Under the pieces are notes generated by a model that did no database searches, had not been told where the DNA came from, and saw only the letters and a program-made list of their open reading frames with translations. A program made the translations under genes and the position numbers. From Eledone cirrhosa (lineage: Eukaryota), in contig OZ024759.1 of the NCBI GenBank assembly GCA_964016885.1, positions 17,608,001-17,672,000 of the forward strand: DNA of 64,000 nucleotides, read 5' to 3'. Numbering within the stretch: position 1 is the stretch's first letter; every line of letters begins with the position of its first letter. Shown here piece after piece: positions 12,132 through 25,842 of this stretch.

Positions 12132-12620
12132 AAAGGGTGCTGTATTATGCTGAGATACGGGGCTTTGATCCATGAAAACTGTGAGTCTGGGCTGTTAAAA
12201 AGGGTGCTGTATTATGCTGAGATACGGGGCTTTGATCCATGAAAACTGTGAGTCTGGGCTGTTAAAAAGGGTGCTGTATTATGTTGAGATACGGGGCTTT
12301 GATCCATGAAAACTGTGAGTCTGGGCTGTTAAAAAGGGTGCTGTATTATGCTGAGATACGGGGCTTTGATCCATGAAAACTGTGAGTCTGGGCTGTTAAA
12401 AAGGGTGCTGTATTATGTTGAGATACGGGGCTTTGATCCATGAAAACTGTGAGTCTGGGCTGTTAAAAAGGGTGCTGTATTATGCTGAGATACGGGGCTT
12501 TGATCCATGAAAACTGTGAGTCTGGGCTGTTAAAAAGGGTGCTGTATTATGTTGAGATATGAGGTTTTGATCCTTGTAAACTGTGAGTCAGTTGTTTAAA
12601 AGGGTGCTGTATCATGTTGA
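12132..12620. repeat. 67-bp tandem minisatellite, about 7 copies
   Basis: gggtgctgtattatg recurs at 12135, 12202, 12269, 12336, 12403, 12470, 12537. Confidence 0.95.
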
Positions 12621-13129
12621 TGGGTTAGAGTTGATAAAAGAGCACTTGTATTATGTTAACATTAAGCATTGATTCATGAAAACTGTGGGAGAATGTTGTT
12701 TGCTAGTCATTGTAACTAAAGACTTTTGAAACGATACTGTATTATGTTCTTGAAGAAGATGCTTAACATTCAATGAATCATGTTTTCACTTAACTCTAAT
12801 TTAGGACTATCATTGAAGAGACAGAGCTTAACATTATATTAAACACTGTGATAATTAATTGAAATAGTTTGTCTGTTTGTACTTCTGGGCTCATTTATGA
12901 CTGCCATTTTGTATGTACTGATGTTGGTGTAGTGAGCAGCTTCAAAGATCTGACGAAACCAATTTCTTTTTTAACACTCTTTTATTGGCACTGCCATTTA
13001 ACTCTTTTGATAGCAACCTGCCCAAAACTGCCTCAACTTTTTTACTCAGAATATTTTATCTCAGAATATTTTATTAAGCAGCTGAAAAGGGTTTCCTCTG
13101 AATGGACTTTTGAGTAATGTTACTCAGTA

Positions 13130-13312
13130 GTGTGTAGCTTGGAGATTAGGGAGTCACTCCAAGTAGAGCTGCTACTTCTCCAAATTTAGAGATCGCAGTT
13201 CCAATATTATGAACTTGTGGTCAGATCCTATATTATGGACATGTGGTCAGAATGTCTAAGGAAAGAAGTACTGGACAAATTTTAAAGGCAAAAACCAACC
13301 AGCAGGAAACCC
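13130..13312 (+). mobile_element. Old RTE-clade ORF2 remnant
   Basis: EIRESLQVELLLL...YYGHVVRMSKER. Confidence 0.6.
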
Positions 13313-13321
13313 TACAATAAT

Positions 13322-13522
13322 AATTGTTTTTAAAGGCCAGCAATTTGAATGGAAAGGGATTAAATCAACCCAAGTGCATTACTGGTACTTCATTTTATCG
13401 ACCCCATAAAGATGAAAGACAAAGCTAAACTTGGCGGGTTTTGAACTTAGAACGTAAAGCGCTGTAACTATATGCCGCAAAGCATATCCAACGCTCTATC
13501 GATGCTGCCAATCCACCACCCT
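13322..13522 (-). mobile_element. Short tRNA-derived SINE (family C)
   Basis: Reverse complement of the 14054-14238 family. Confidence 0.75.
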
Positions 13523-13534
13523 ACTGCCCCATAA

Positions 13535-14030
13535 TAATGGCTTCTGATTTAGGCACAAGGCCAACAATTTGGGGGGTAGGAGAAAGTCGATCAAATGAAC
13601 CCCAGTGCATTAACATCATCATCATTTTACGTCCGCTTTTCTCGACTTGCCAGGGTGGGACAGGTTCTATTCAGCACATCATCTCTCCATTTGTCATGGC
13701 CTTTCGTCATCTCCTCTGTGAGCTTCAGCCATCTGGGGTCAGCTCTCACCACCTCCGCCCATGATTTTTGGGATCTTCCTTTCACTGGGATTTCTTGGCA
13801 CTTCTTTACCCAGCGGTCATCCTCCATGCGCGTAACATGTTCATACCAAAGCAGTCTTCTCTCCCGCATACTACAGTTTATCCCTCTTATACTGGTACTT
13901 TATTTTATCAACCCTGTAAGGATGAAAAGCAAAGCTAACCTCGGTGGGATTTGAAATCAGAACGTAAAGGGCTGTAACTAAATGGTGTAAAGCATTTCTG
14001 ATGCTCTAACAATACTGCCAATCCACTGCC
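13535..14030 (-). mobile_element. Family C SINE split by an RTE fragment
   Basis: cccagtgcatta and actggtacttt are adjacent in intact copies (e.g. 28673) but are separated here by the RTE piece. Confidence 0.75.
13614..13888 (-). mobile_element. RTE family 2 3' fragment
   Basis: MRERRLLWYEHVTRMEDDRWVKKC...; (GAT)n tail. Confidence 0.85.
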
Positions 14031-14053
14031 CTACAATAGTAATAATAATTTCT

Positions 14054-14238
14054 TGGTGAATTGGCAGTATCGGTAGAGGGACGGACGCCATGCTTTGACG
14101 CATAGAGTTACGGCCCTTGCTATTCTGAGTTCAAACCCCGCGAGGTTAACTTTGCCTTTCATCCTTACGGGGTCGATAAAATAAAGTACCAGTAATGCAG
14201 TGGATAATTGCTGGCCTTGTGCCAAAAGTAGAAACAAT
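14054..14238 (+). mobile_element. Family C SINE
   Basis: ttggcagtatcggtagaggg...gagttcaaaccc...gcctttcatccttacggggtcgataaaataaagtaccag...agtagaaacaat. Confidence 0.85.
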
Positions 14239-14796
14239 AATTTCTTTGTCTGGCACTAAGTCAAGTGCAAATTTGAAATCTTTCAAATACAGCTTAGGAA
14301 GCTGAGCAACTTTTGAGGAATAGAAGATTGTGTGAGATGAGTGATATTGAAATAGCAGGGTACAGTGAAATTGGGCTCATGGAAGGGGAAGAAGTTGAAA
14401 AGTATCATTATCTCAAGCATGAAATTACAATTACCAGCACATTAAAGGCAGATATAATGCCTGTAGAAGTAGTTGTAGTGGTGGTGGTGGTGGTGGGATT
14501 GGTGGTGGTTGTAGAGTATCTCTGTTGCTTTGTCTTTCTCTCTCTCTCTCTCTAGTAGTTGTGGTGGTGGTGGTGGGGTTGTAGAGTATCTCTGTTGCTT
14601 TGTCTCTTTCTCTCTTTCTCTCTCTCACTCTCTCTCTAGTAGTCGTGGTGGTGTTGTAGAGTATCTCTGTTGCTTTGTCTCTTTCTCTCTCTCTCTCACT
14701 CTCTCTCTCTAGTAGTCCTGGTGGTGGTGCAGGTGTAGAATCTCTCTCTTTTTCTCTCTTTCTCTAGCTCTCTCTCACCGCTTTATCTCCCCACCA

Positions 14797-14832
<36 letters not shown>

Positions 14833-14907
14833 CCTCTCCACCTCTCCCACTGTTTCTCTCTTTCTCCCATTTTCTCTTCCTCTCTCTCTCTCCACCTCTC
14901 CCCACTG

Positions 14908-14942
<35 letters not shown>

Positions 14943-15719
14943 GAATGGTGTTCAATGCATTAGACAAATAGTTAGTCGAGTTAAGAATTGAAATTAAAAA
15001 TAGAATGCAGAGAAAGAGAGAGAGGAGAGAGAGAAAGAGAGACAGTGTTCGTGTGTATTAGGGATGTAAGGTTGAACAGCAATTAAAATTTTCTATCAAA
15101 TGCATTGGGATATAGCAAGATCACAAGTATTCAAATTTCGTCATGAGAGCAAAATCTCTGGTGTAGTTACTTTACTGTAAAATATTTGGGGGAATAGAAA
15201 GTTATGTAATAAAAATATTGACACTAGTCACAGAAATAATGATAATAATAATAATAATAATGGTGATGATGATGAGGATAATGGTTTCTGGTTTCTGGTT
15301 TTTAAAATAATGGTTTTGATAATCATCATCATTATCATCACTACCGTCACCACCACCACCACCACTACTGTCACCACCTTCACCACCATCATCACCGTCA
15401 CCGTCACCACCACCACCACCACCACCATCACTACTGTCATTACCACCACCTCCACTACCACCAGCATTACTATTTAACGGCCATTTTTCCATGCTAGATG
15501 GGTTGGATGGGCTGTCCTGTTGAGAGACAAGTCAAACGAGATGACCGTGTTTTGCTCATACAGAAACGTTTCTAGCTTGGTTTATATGGCTAGTTGCTCT
15601 TCCTAATGTCAACCACATCTACAATGTGGACTGGGTGCTTTTTATCATGGCGCCAAAACAACCACTGAATAATTAAGATGATGCTAATAACAGTAATACG
15701 ATAAAGATGATGATGATGA

Positions 15720-16710
15720 CATTAAAGGAGATGACATAGGAAAGGAACAGGTGTAGAGATGTGGTAATGGAGATGATGTATCTAACCCATGCCAACATAT
15801 AAATACATGAACAGGTGGTGGTAAAAGCTGACCCCAGAAAACTGATTCTGATAAAGGAAATGACACAGGAATGAAAATAATGGAGGGATGGTATACCGGA
15901 GAAGACTTTTCTCACCCATGTCAACATAGAAAGATTTCCTAGCAGGGAAAATGGATGTTAAATGTTGACAGTATTGGACAGACATATGTAGTGAAAGTTG
16001 ACCACATGAAAATGCATCTGTAAAGGAGATGACAAAGGAAAAAAGCAAGTAGGGAGATGTGGTAACGGAGAAGACCTATCTGATCCATGTCAACATAGAA
16101 AGACTTCCTAACAAGGAAAATAGATGTTAAATGTTGACGGTGCTGGACAGACAGATGTAGTGAAAGTTGCCATTAAGAAACCACCTGCGGAAGGAGATGA
16201 CAAAAGAAAGAAATATTTAGAGAGATGTGGTACTGGAGAGGACTTTTCTTACCCATGTCAACAAAGATAGACTTGCTAGCAGAGAAAATGGATGTTAAAT
16301 GTTGATGGACAGGTGTAGTGAAAATTGAGCTCAAGAAACTATACCTGACGAAGGAGATGACACAGGAAAGAATTAATTGGGGAGATGTGGTACTGGAAAG
16401 AATCTGTTGGGGAAATAGATGTGGTACTGGAAAGAATCTGTTGGGGAAGTGTGGTACTGAAAAGAAGAGTTACTATAACCCTAGCAAATATCAAAATACC
16501 TGGACAGATGTGGGGGGAAACCGAGCTCTAGAAAGTACACCTGACAAAGGAGATGACACAGGAAATAAACAAGTGGAGGGTTGTGGTACTGGAGAGGAAG
16601 ACCAAGGAACACCTGGATAGAGGTGATAAAAGTTGACATGAAACTGCACCTGATGAGGGATGGTGTGCTGGAGAGGACTTGTCTAACCCATGCAGACACA
16701 AACAGATAAC
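15720..16710 (+). repeat. Degenerate tandem array derived from an RTE 3' end
   Basis: ggagatgaca...gagatgtggtactggag...acccatg units at about 15727, 15857, 16025, 16193, 16353, 16549. Confidence 0.7.
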
Positions 16711-17594
16711 AGAAGCAAGTGAGCATGTAAAAAGAAAAAAAAAGATTGGATGATGATAAGTAAGTTATATTGGTAGACAGAAAAACAGATTGAAAGACAG
16801 ACACATAGGAAGATTGATGGACCCACACACACACATAGATTGATGGACACCCCACACAGACAGACTGGCAGATAGACAGACAGGCAAACATATATATATA
16901 GATTTCTAGAGATATGTTAAAGAAGAACAGAAAGACAGAATATAAAAAGATGTTAAAAATGGCTTCTATCAGGAGATCATTAAGAGAACCATTACTACTC
17001 AGAAACTGTTCTCAGGAGAATTTAACACCAGAATTTCCATTTTATTTTATTACCTATACCACCACCACCACCACTACAGACCATCACCACAATCACTACC
17101 AGCACCACCACCACAATCACCACAATCACTACCAGCACCACCACCACAATCACCACCTTCACTACAGACACCATCACTCTCACTGCCACCACCAACACCA
17201 CAACCACCTCCACCATCACCATAACTAACACTATAGACACCATCACCACAACCACCTCCACCATCACCATAACTAACACTATAGACACCATCACCACAAC
17301 CACCTTCACCATCACTACAGACAGTCATCACCACCACCACCACCACCACCACCACCACCACAACCATCATGACCTCAATGAACATAATAAACACCATCTC
17401 CAACACTAGCACCACCACCACCACCACCACCCTATTTTTCACCCACACCTAACCCAGTCATACTTTTTTAAAATTCTAGTTTTAGTCTCCTCTTCCTCCT
17501 CACCCTCCCCCTTGCCTAATCAGAATTTTTAGAGTCACACATTGTATGAATTGGACACTTTGTTTTTGATGGGTCTTTTTATGACATCAGCAAT

Positions 17595-18515
17595 TGTTTG
17601 GTGGTGGTGGTGGAGATTGGTGCATTTGTGGTGGTAGTGGTGGTGGTGGTGGAGATTGGTGCATTTGTGGTGGTGGTGGAAATGGGTGTATTTATGGTGG
17701 CAGTGGAGATGGATGTATTTGTGGTGGTGGTGGTGGTGATGGGTGTCTGTGGTGGTGCTGGAGATGGGTACATTTGTGGTGGTAGTGGTGGTGGAGATTG
17801 GTGTATTTGTGGTGGTGGTGGAGATGGGGGTCTTTGTGGTGGCAGTGGAGATGGATGTATTTGTGGTGGTGGTGGAGGAGATGGGTGTCTTTGTGGTGGC
17901 AGTGGAGATGGATGTATTTGTGGTGGTGGTGGAGGAGATGGGTGTCTTTGTGGTGGTGGTGGAGGAGATGGGTGTCTTTGTGGTGGTGCTGGAGATGGGT
18001 GTCTGTGGTGGTGCTGGAGATCGGTGTATTTGTGGTGGTGGTGGTAGAGATGGTAGTGGTGTTGGCTGTTGTGGTGGTTGTGGTGTTGGTGGTGGTGGAG
18101 ATGGGTGTCTTTATGGTGGTGGTGGTGGAGATGGGTGTCTTTATGGTGGTGGTTGTGGAGATGGGTGTATTTATGGTGGTGGTGGTAGAGATGGCAGTGG
18201 AGATGGATGTATTTGTGGTGGTGGTGGTGGTGGAGGAGATGGGTGTCTTTGTGGTGGTGGTGGTGGTGGTGGCAGTGGAGATGGGTGTATTTGTGGTGGT
18301 GGTGGTGGTGGAGGAGATGGGTGTCTTTGTGGTGGTGGTGGTGGCAGTGGAGATGGATGTATTTGTGGTGGTGGTGGTGGTGGTGGAGGAGATGGGTGTC
18401 TTTGTGGTGGTGGTAGTGGCAGTGGAGATGGGTGTATTTGTGGTGGTGGAGGAGATGGGTGTCTTTGTGGTGGTGGTGGTGGTGGTAGTGGAGATGGGTG
18501 TATTTGTGGTGGTGG
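17595..18515. repeat. GT-rich minisatellite ggagatgggtgt(c/a)tttgtggt(ggt)n
   Basis: Directly visible. Confidence 0.9.
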
Positions 18516-18607
18516 TCATAGAGGCTGTTACAGAATTAGTTAGTACCACCATATTCCTAATTATGGTTATCACCATCATTATAGCTGTCATCATCATAGA
18601 CATGAAG

Positions 18608-18659
<52 letters not shown>

Positions 18660-18855
18660 TTATTTTTATATATACATATATATATGTATTTATATGTATT
18701 TATATATATATATATGTATTTATATAAATATATATATATATGTATTTATATAAATATATATATATATATATTTATATAAATATATATATATATATATATT
18801 TATATAAATATATATATGTATTTATATAAATATATATATATATGTATTTATATAA

Positions 18856-18887
<32 letters not shown>

Positions 18888-19061
18888 ATATATTTATATA
18901 AATATATATATATATATATTTATATAAATATATATATATATATATTTATATAAATATATATATATATGTATTTATATAAATATATATATATATGTATTTA
19001 TATAAATATATATATATATGTATTTATATAAATATATATATATGTATTTATATAAATATAT

Positions 19062-19876
19062 AGGTTGTACGATGCCTGGTTGTACGATGCCTGCATACGA
19101 ACAGCAATGTTGCATGGCAGTGAGACCTGGGCATTGTGTGCAGAGGATATACGCAGACTAGAGAGGAACGAAGCTTGCATGCTCCGCTGGATGTGTAACA
19201 GTAATATACGTGAACGGCAAAGCATAAACGAACTAAGGAAAAAATTAGAGATAAGAGGGATCAGATGTTGTTTACTCGAGAGAAGGCTACGTTGGTATGG
19301 ACACGTGATGCGCATGAAAGTCGATAGCTGTATAACAAAGTGCAGGGCAATAAAGATAGACGGTAGCCACGGAATAGGCAGACCTAGAAAAACCTGGGAC
19401 GAGCTGATAAACTCCGACCTCACACACTTACACCTCTCCAAGACAATGTCACTGGACTGAGACCTTTGGCGGTACTCAGTAACAGAGAAGACCCGCCTTG
19501 CCAGTAGGCATCTCTAACAAAATACACCCCGTCCCACCACCACCACCCCCACCCCATCCACACCACCCCGTCCTATGTAAAGTTATGTTGGTGCCGCGCC
19601 ATCCGGGCCGAAACAAATGAGATCGTGTAGGTGTCACGACAAAAAAACACACAGTCCACGCTGTAATGTGGCCGTGTAGGCAACACGGTAAAAACCTCCC
19701 AGACCCACACTGTAAATGTGGTTGGTGTTAGGAAGGGCATCCAACTGTAGAAAACCTGCCAGACAGTCCTATGCGAGCAAGACAATCACTCTTGCCTCAA
19801 GTGGGACTACCCCCGTCCAAACCCATGCAAGCGTGGAACACGGACGTTAAACGTTGATGATGATGATGATGATGAT
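19062..19876 (+). mobile_element. 5'-truncated RTE LINE family 1
   Basis: ORF 19065-19460 LYDACIRTAMLHGSETW...GRPRKTWDELI, then a 3' UTR and (GAT)n tail, inside a TA-rich minisatellite. Confidence 0.92.
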
Positions 19877-20309
19877 ATATATGTATTTATATAAATATAT
19901 ATATATGTATTTATATAAATATATATATATGTATTTATATAAATATATATATATGTATTTATATAAATATATATATATGTATTTATATAAATATATATAT
20001 ATATGTATTTATATAAATATATATATCAACACGATCTGTACCTCTCTCGCTCATGAAATCCACCCAGCTTATGCTGACCGGTCAACCATTCGGTTTGCTT
20101 TTATCCTTCTATGTTGTTTACTTGTCCCCCTCGCCTTACGCGAATTCTGGTCCCAATAACTTTTTTTAGTTATTGCTCGCACCAACCTGAGGTATCTGAT
20201 TTTTAATGCGATGAAATCCCAATGATGGTTGGAATATCACTGACGAAGGACTATTTTTATCATATGTAACCCATGTGCAAACCACGCAGTTTTCTTCTTT
20301 CTTCTCATG

Positions 20310-20377
<68 letters not shown>

Positions 20378-20378
20378 G

Positions 20379-20410
<32 letters not shown>

Positions 20411-20544
20411 GTGTTGCAGGTAAATATGAATGCGTGTGTGTAAAGTACTTTTAGATACCAATGCACATACACACATGTTCCTATCTCCATATACATATGT
20501 GCACGTATATCTATACATATATGTATACACACACAAACACGCGC

Positions 20545-20597
<53 letters not shown>

Positions 20598-20690
20598 TAC
20601 ACACGTACCTATATATCTGTATCTATAAAATTCATAATTGAAAGCAATTTCTCTGTACAAAAAGAAAAAAAATTGATATATATGTCTGTG

Positions 20691-20737
<47 letters not shown>

Positions 20738-20922
20738 GATGTGTGTGTGTGTTTCTATTAAGTTTATTGATTGGAAATCAATCGGACATTGGATAAAGAA
20801 CATTGCAATATTTGTGTCCAGCTCTGTGTGTTCTGATGTTCTGAGTTCAAATCTTGCTGAAGTTAACTTTGCATTTCATCCTTGTGGAGGGTCTTCTTTC
20901 TTTCTTCTTTATCTTTGTTGTT

Positions 20923-20955
<33 letters not shown>

Positions 20956-21136
20956 CTTCTTCTTCTTCTTCTTCTTCTTCTTCTTCTTCTTCTTCTTCTT
21001 CTTCTTCTTCTTCTTCTTTTTTTTTCTTTTTCTTCTTTTTCTTTTTCTTCTTTTTCTTTTTCTTTTTCTTCTTCTTCTTTTTCTTCTTTTTCTTCTTTTT
21101 CTTTTTCTTCTTCTTTTTCTTCTTCCAGCCCAGAAT

Positions 21137-21168
<32 letters not shown>

Positions 21169-21467
21169 GTATGGTCCTGTAACTCCTGATGGAGTTGTAG
21201 GGGCGCTGTATTGACATACAGCAGTTCTTGAACATTTAAAGCCTGGTGGAGCCCAACCCCTCTCCAGGCCAATTTCTTTCAGAGAAAGATAGACAGTGAG
21301 AGGATAAATATGAGAGATATAGAGGAAGAATCGACCTCAGTACTTGACTGATACGTTTTGTATTGACCTCGGCAGGATCTGAACTCAGAGAGCAGGAACA
21401 AATACCATAAAGCATACTATCCGACGTTTTAATGACCCTGCCAATTCACCGCCTATATATATATAAA

Positions 21468-21802
21468 TCATCATCATTTCATTTTACGTCCGCTTTCCCC
21501 TGCTTGCAAGGGTGGGACAGGAACTGATTCTGGCTTGATTTCTACAGCTGGATGCCCTTCCTATCACCAACCTCGTTTACAGTGAGTGCTGGGTGCTTTT
21601 TTGCCATGGTGCCTACACGACCACTTTGCAGTGGAATGATAGGGACCCCAGTCCCTATCATCTCATTTCTACAGCTGAGTAAACTGGAGCAATGTGAAAT
21701 AAAGTGTCTTGCTCAAGGAAACAACACAGCAACCGGTCTGAGAATTGAACTCACAACCGTTCGATTGCAAGGCCAATGCTCTAACCACTAAGCCATGTGC
21801 CT
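21468..21802 (-). mobile_element. Full-length tRNA-derived SINE with RTE-type tail
   Basis: Matches 3700-4035. Confidence 0.85.
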
Positions 21803-21847
21803 CTCTCTCTCTCTCTCTCTCTCTCCCTCTCTCTCTATATATATATA

Positions 21848-22225
21848 TAAAATTGGAAAAGTGGAGAATAACATAGTCAACAGTACAAAAAAAAGGGGAT
21901 TTATTTACAGCTTAACAATTGTTTCACTGATAAAGATGTCTAAAAATTGCTGAACACTAGAAGCAGTGCCACTCAATTTTAAATACGATGTTAGCTCGAT
22001 CAGATCTTTGGAATCTTTTTTGTTCTGTTGACCATGTTATTCTCCATTTTTTTCAATTTTATTACTCCAAGATAAACTTACATAGGAATACAAGTGAAAT
22101 CATAAACTCGTCATCTGCGTAAACCTCTTGTTGAGTCAAACAACACCGTACGCTAAAACTATCCATAATAAGAAGTATTCACAACATCTAACTGGATTAC
22201 CTATAACGATATTTTGTTATCCCTT
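21848..22225. mobile_element. (TA)n-flanked fold-back element with degenerate hammerhead half
   Basis: Arms about 21848-21900 and 22012-22061 are complementary; minus strand GAAA-CAATTG-TT-aagc at about 21909-21927. Confidence 0.55.
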
Positions 22226-23139
22226 ATATATATATATATAGAGAGAGAGAGATACTTATTTCATATAGAAATGCCTTTTATCCAACCAGAACTGTTTCTG
22301 TATGAAATAAATATGCATCTTCTCTATTAATGTATTGAGTACCTTATGTATTTGTGGTTGTTTTCCATTCCTCTTTGGAAAACCAATCTTAATTATGCAT
22401 ACATATATATATATATATACATACATGCTTATATATACACACACACGCGCGCACACACCCACATACATGCTCACACATTTATAAATGCACAGTTACACAT
22501 AAACATGTATACACATACATATGTGGACGCATATGTCAAATATACATATAAATATGTATAAATACATACATACATTACGACCACTTCATACACACACACA
22601 CACACATACACACACGTCTCTTGTATGTTATCTCTCCATGTTTAGTGTGGTAATTATCTGTCAACGTGTTTTACAAATATTAATCATATAGGAAGATATT
22701 TTGCTGTAAGTGTTTACCTCTAGCTGAGATTAAGCTTTGATTGCTTCTGTATTCCTCGCTTCTTTTACTGGTTGCAATCACTGAACTGGCCCTGCTGGGG
22801 CACCTCATTTTAACTAATTTATTTCCTTGTTTCTAATGAAACAAACTCTATATGAATTAATTAGTGAAATATTTGGAGGAATTTATTAATTTATTAAAGA
22901 TATGATATTAAATATTTCATTATTATGATTGTATTGGTAACCTAACTTAACAAAAGGCTCTTATATGAAAATATATTTGAAGATTTTGATATAAATAAGA
23001 ATCTTTTTAGATGGCTTTGTTCCATAGAACTGGAAGTCATTTTGGGAAGATAGGTATGAAAAGTATGAAATAATATTGACCTCAGTCATAAGCATATTGC
23101 TCCTATCATTTGGTTGATGTAAATGTTAAAAATTTTCTC

Positions 23140-23708
23140 ACAAAAACAAATTAATTTCTGACAAAAACAAATTAATTTCTGACAAAAATGACAAATATTC
23201 TGATAAAACTGACTAATTTTCTGATAAAACTGACTAATTTTCTGACAAAACTGACTCATTTTCTGACAAAACTGACTCATTTTCTGACAAAACTGACTCA
23301 TTTTCTGACAAAACTGACTCATTTTCTGACAAAACTGACTCATTTTCTGACAAAACTGACTAATTTTCTGACAAAACTGACTAATTTTCTGACAAAACTG
23401 ACTAATTTTCTGACAAAACTGACTAATTTTCTGACAAAACTGACTAATTTTCTGACAAAACTGACTAATTTTCTGACAAAACTGACTAATTTTCTGACAA
23501 AACTGACTAATTTTCTGACAAAACTAACTAATTTTCTGACAAAACTGACTAATTTTCTGACAAAACTGACTAATTTTCTGACAAAACTGACTAATTTTCT
23601 GACAAAACTGACTAATTTTCTGACAAAACTGACTAATTTTCTGACAAAACTAACTAATTTTCTGACAAAACTGACTAATTTTCTGACAAAAATGACTAAT
23701 TTTCTGAC
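23140..23708. repeat. 21-bp tandem repeat ctgacaaaactgactaatttt, about 25 copies
   Basis: Directly visible; source of the FLTKLTN ORF. Confidence 0.95.
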
Positions 23709-24560
23709 ACACCAATCATTATTATGACATCTTTATTCATTATTGTACAAATTTTATTATGTTTTGTGTAATTAAGATAAATGAACAAAGTATACAATAT
23801 TTTATGAAGATTTAAGAATTTTCCGACTAAACCAAATTTTCTGACAAGTTTTTTGGGGGCTCCAGCTTCACTGTCATGCACCCCTAGCAACACTCCTCTG
23901 AACCCAGTACATATTTTCTTCAAGCCAGTTACCTATTTTGTCAATTTTTGTTGAACTACTGAATAGCCTTCTGAAGTTAGTCTTCTAAACTTGTGTGTTC
24001 CTTTATGTGAAAATATTCTCTTCATCTTCTTCACCCACTTATTACAGGGAGGATCTTGGAAGCACAAAGCCCTAGACATGCCTCCCAGAGGGTTACAGGA
24101 TATATATATATATAAGAATAATTTCTGATTTTGGGCCATAATAGCAAATGATAGGGCCACTAGGCTTTTAGGTATTCTCAGATCGCTCTGGCACTTCAAT
24201 CTTTTTCATCCCACAACAGCAGGAAAAACCCCTCAAAAAAAGAAAAAGAAAACACAGGTTACTAGTCTCCTCAAGGTCTCTCGACTTGCACCTAGCCAGC
24301 CTCATGAATAATACAGCCCTGGTGTTGTTAGTCTTGATTTAAATCAGACATTAGGAATGACTGGGATAAAAGATCACAATTATTAAAATAACCTTAAAAG
24401 CTCATTTTCACTCCCAGTAGAGCCCCTTCATCTCCACTAAAAAAAAAAAAAAAAATGACATACCCCTAGTGTCTGCAGAGATAACCCTACAAAAAAACAA
24501 ACAAGAAAAAACATTTCATGCCCCTTAGTGTCTGCAGAGCCCCAAGGCTTTAGCTGAATT

Positions 24561-24769
24561 CTTTAGCATTCACATTACTCTATATTTACAATTGTATTTT
24601 CACAGTAAAGTCTTTATCTCACATAATATCGCATCTATGAGATTTTGATATCTTTTATTTTGAGAATAATACCTTAATGTCAGTATGAGTGGCTAGTTAC
24701 AGCCAGTTTGAACAGAAAAAAGTGAGAGAATTCTGGCCAGAAATGGCCAGTTTAATTGCTAATGGTTTA
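24561..24769 (+). mobile_element. TTAA MITE family A, degenerate
   Basis: Matches 57458-57686. Confidence 0.7.
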
Positions 24770-25713
24770 ATCAACTTTATAAATACTACAATCCTAGTGT
24801 TGGCCTTGATTTAAATCAGAGATTTGGAAAAGGTGGGTTAAATGTAGATGTGGGTTAAATGTGGTGATGGTTGTGGTGTTGGTTGTGATATTAGTTATAT
24901 TGGTGGTAGTGGTTGTGATGGTGGTTGTGGTGGTGGTTGTGATGATTATGGTCGTGGTGATGGTTGTGATAGTGACTGTGGTGGTGGTTGTGATGATTAT
25001 GGTCGTGGTGATTGTTGTGATGGTGGCTATGGTGTTTATGGTGGTGGTAATGCAGGGTTGGAGGTGTTAGTGTTATGGCAACTGTGGTTGTGTCATGGTT
25101 GTGGTGGTGTAGTGGTGACTGTAGTGGTTGTAGTAGTAGTGTCAGTGATTGTCATGGGTGGTCTGGAAAATACTACAATTCTAAGGTTGGCCTTAATTTA
25201 AATCACAGCGATTCGGAAAAGGTGGGTTAAATGTAGATCTCTAAATACAAGGATTATTATTAACAGCAAGTCCTAATTATATTGGTCTGCCTGTCTAACA
25301 TACATGTCTTCACTCATATTATTTCAAAATTCAATTAAGTATTTTCCATCGAATTGCTTCCAATTATTTCTGCATCATGTTTTGTTTCTTTGATTGTTTG
25401 TTTGTTTGTCTGTCTGTTTGTTTTATTACTTTCCTTTGCTTTCATGATTACCATTCTTATTCTTACTACTACTACTACAACAACAACAACGAAGACCGCC
25501 ACCACCACTACTACCACTACTACTACTACTACTACGATGACAACCACTACCACTACAATGACAACGACCACTACCACCACCACCACTACTACTACTACTA
25601 CTACGATGACAACCACTACCACTACAATGACAACGACCACTACCACCACCACCACTACTACTACTACGATGACAACCACTACCACTACAATGACAACGAC
25701 CACCACCACCACC

Positions 25714-25773
<60 letters not shown>

Positions 25774-25842
25774 TATCAATATCATTACTATTGTTGTTAA
25801 TGTTGTTATTCCTGTCATCATCATTATTATTGGTATTATCGA

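Noticed and set aside
12132-12620. CRISPR-like regular array
   Set aside because: Units are fully repeated with no unique spacers, there are no cas genes, and the context is eukaryotic.
17743-18543. Gly/Asp/Cys-rich ORF
   Set aside because: GT-rich minisatellite, open in several frames.
23188-23727. Heptad-repeat ORF (FLTKLTN)n
   Set aside because: 21-bp tandem DNA repeat with no unique coding flanks.
23933-24199. 88-aa ORF ending beside a donor-like ag/gtaac
   Set aside because: Crosses a (TA)n tract and has no recognisable domain.
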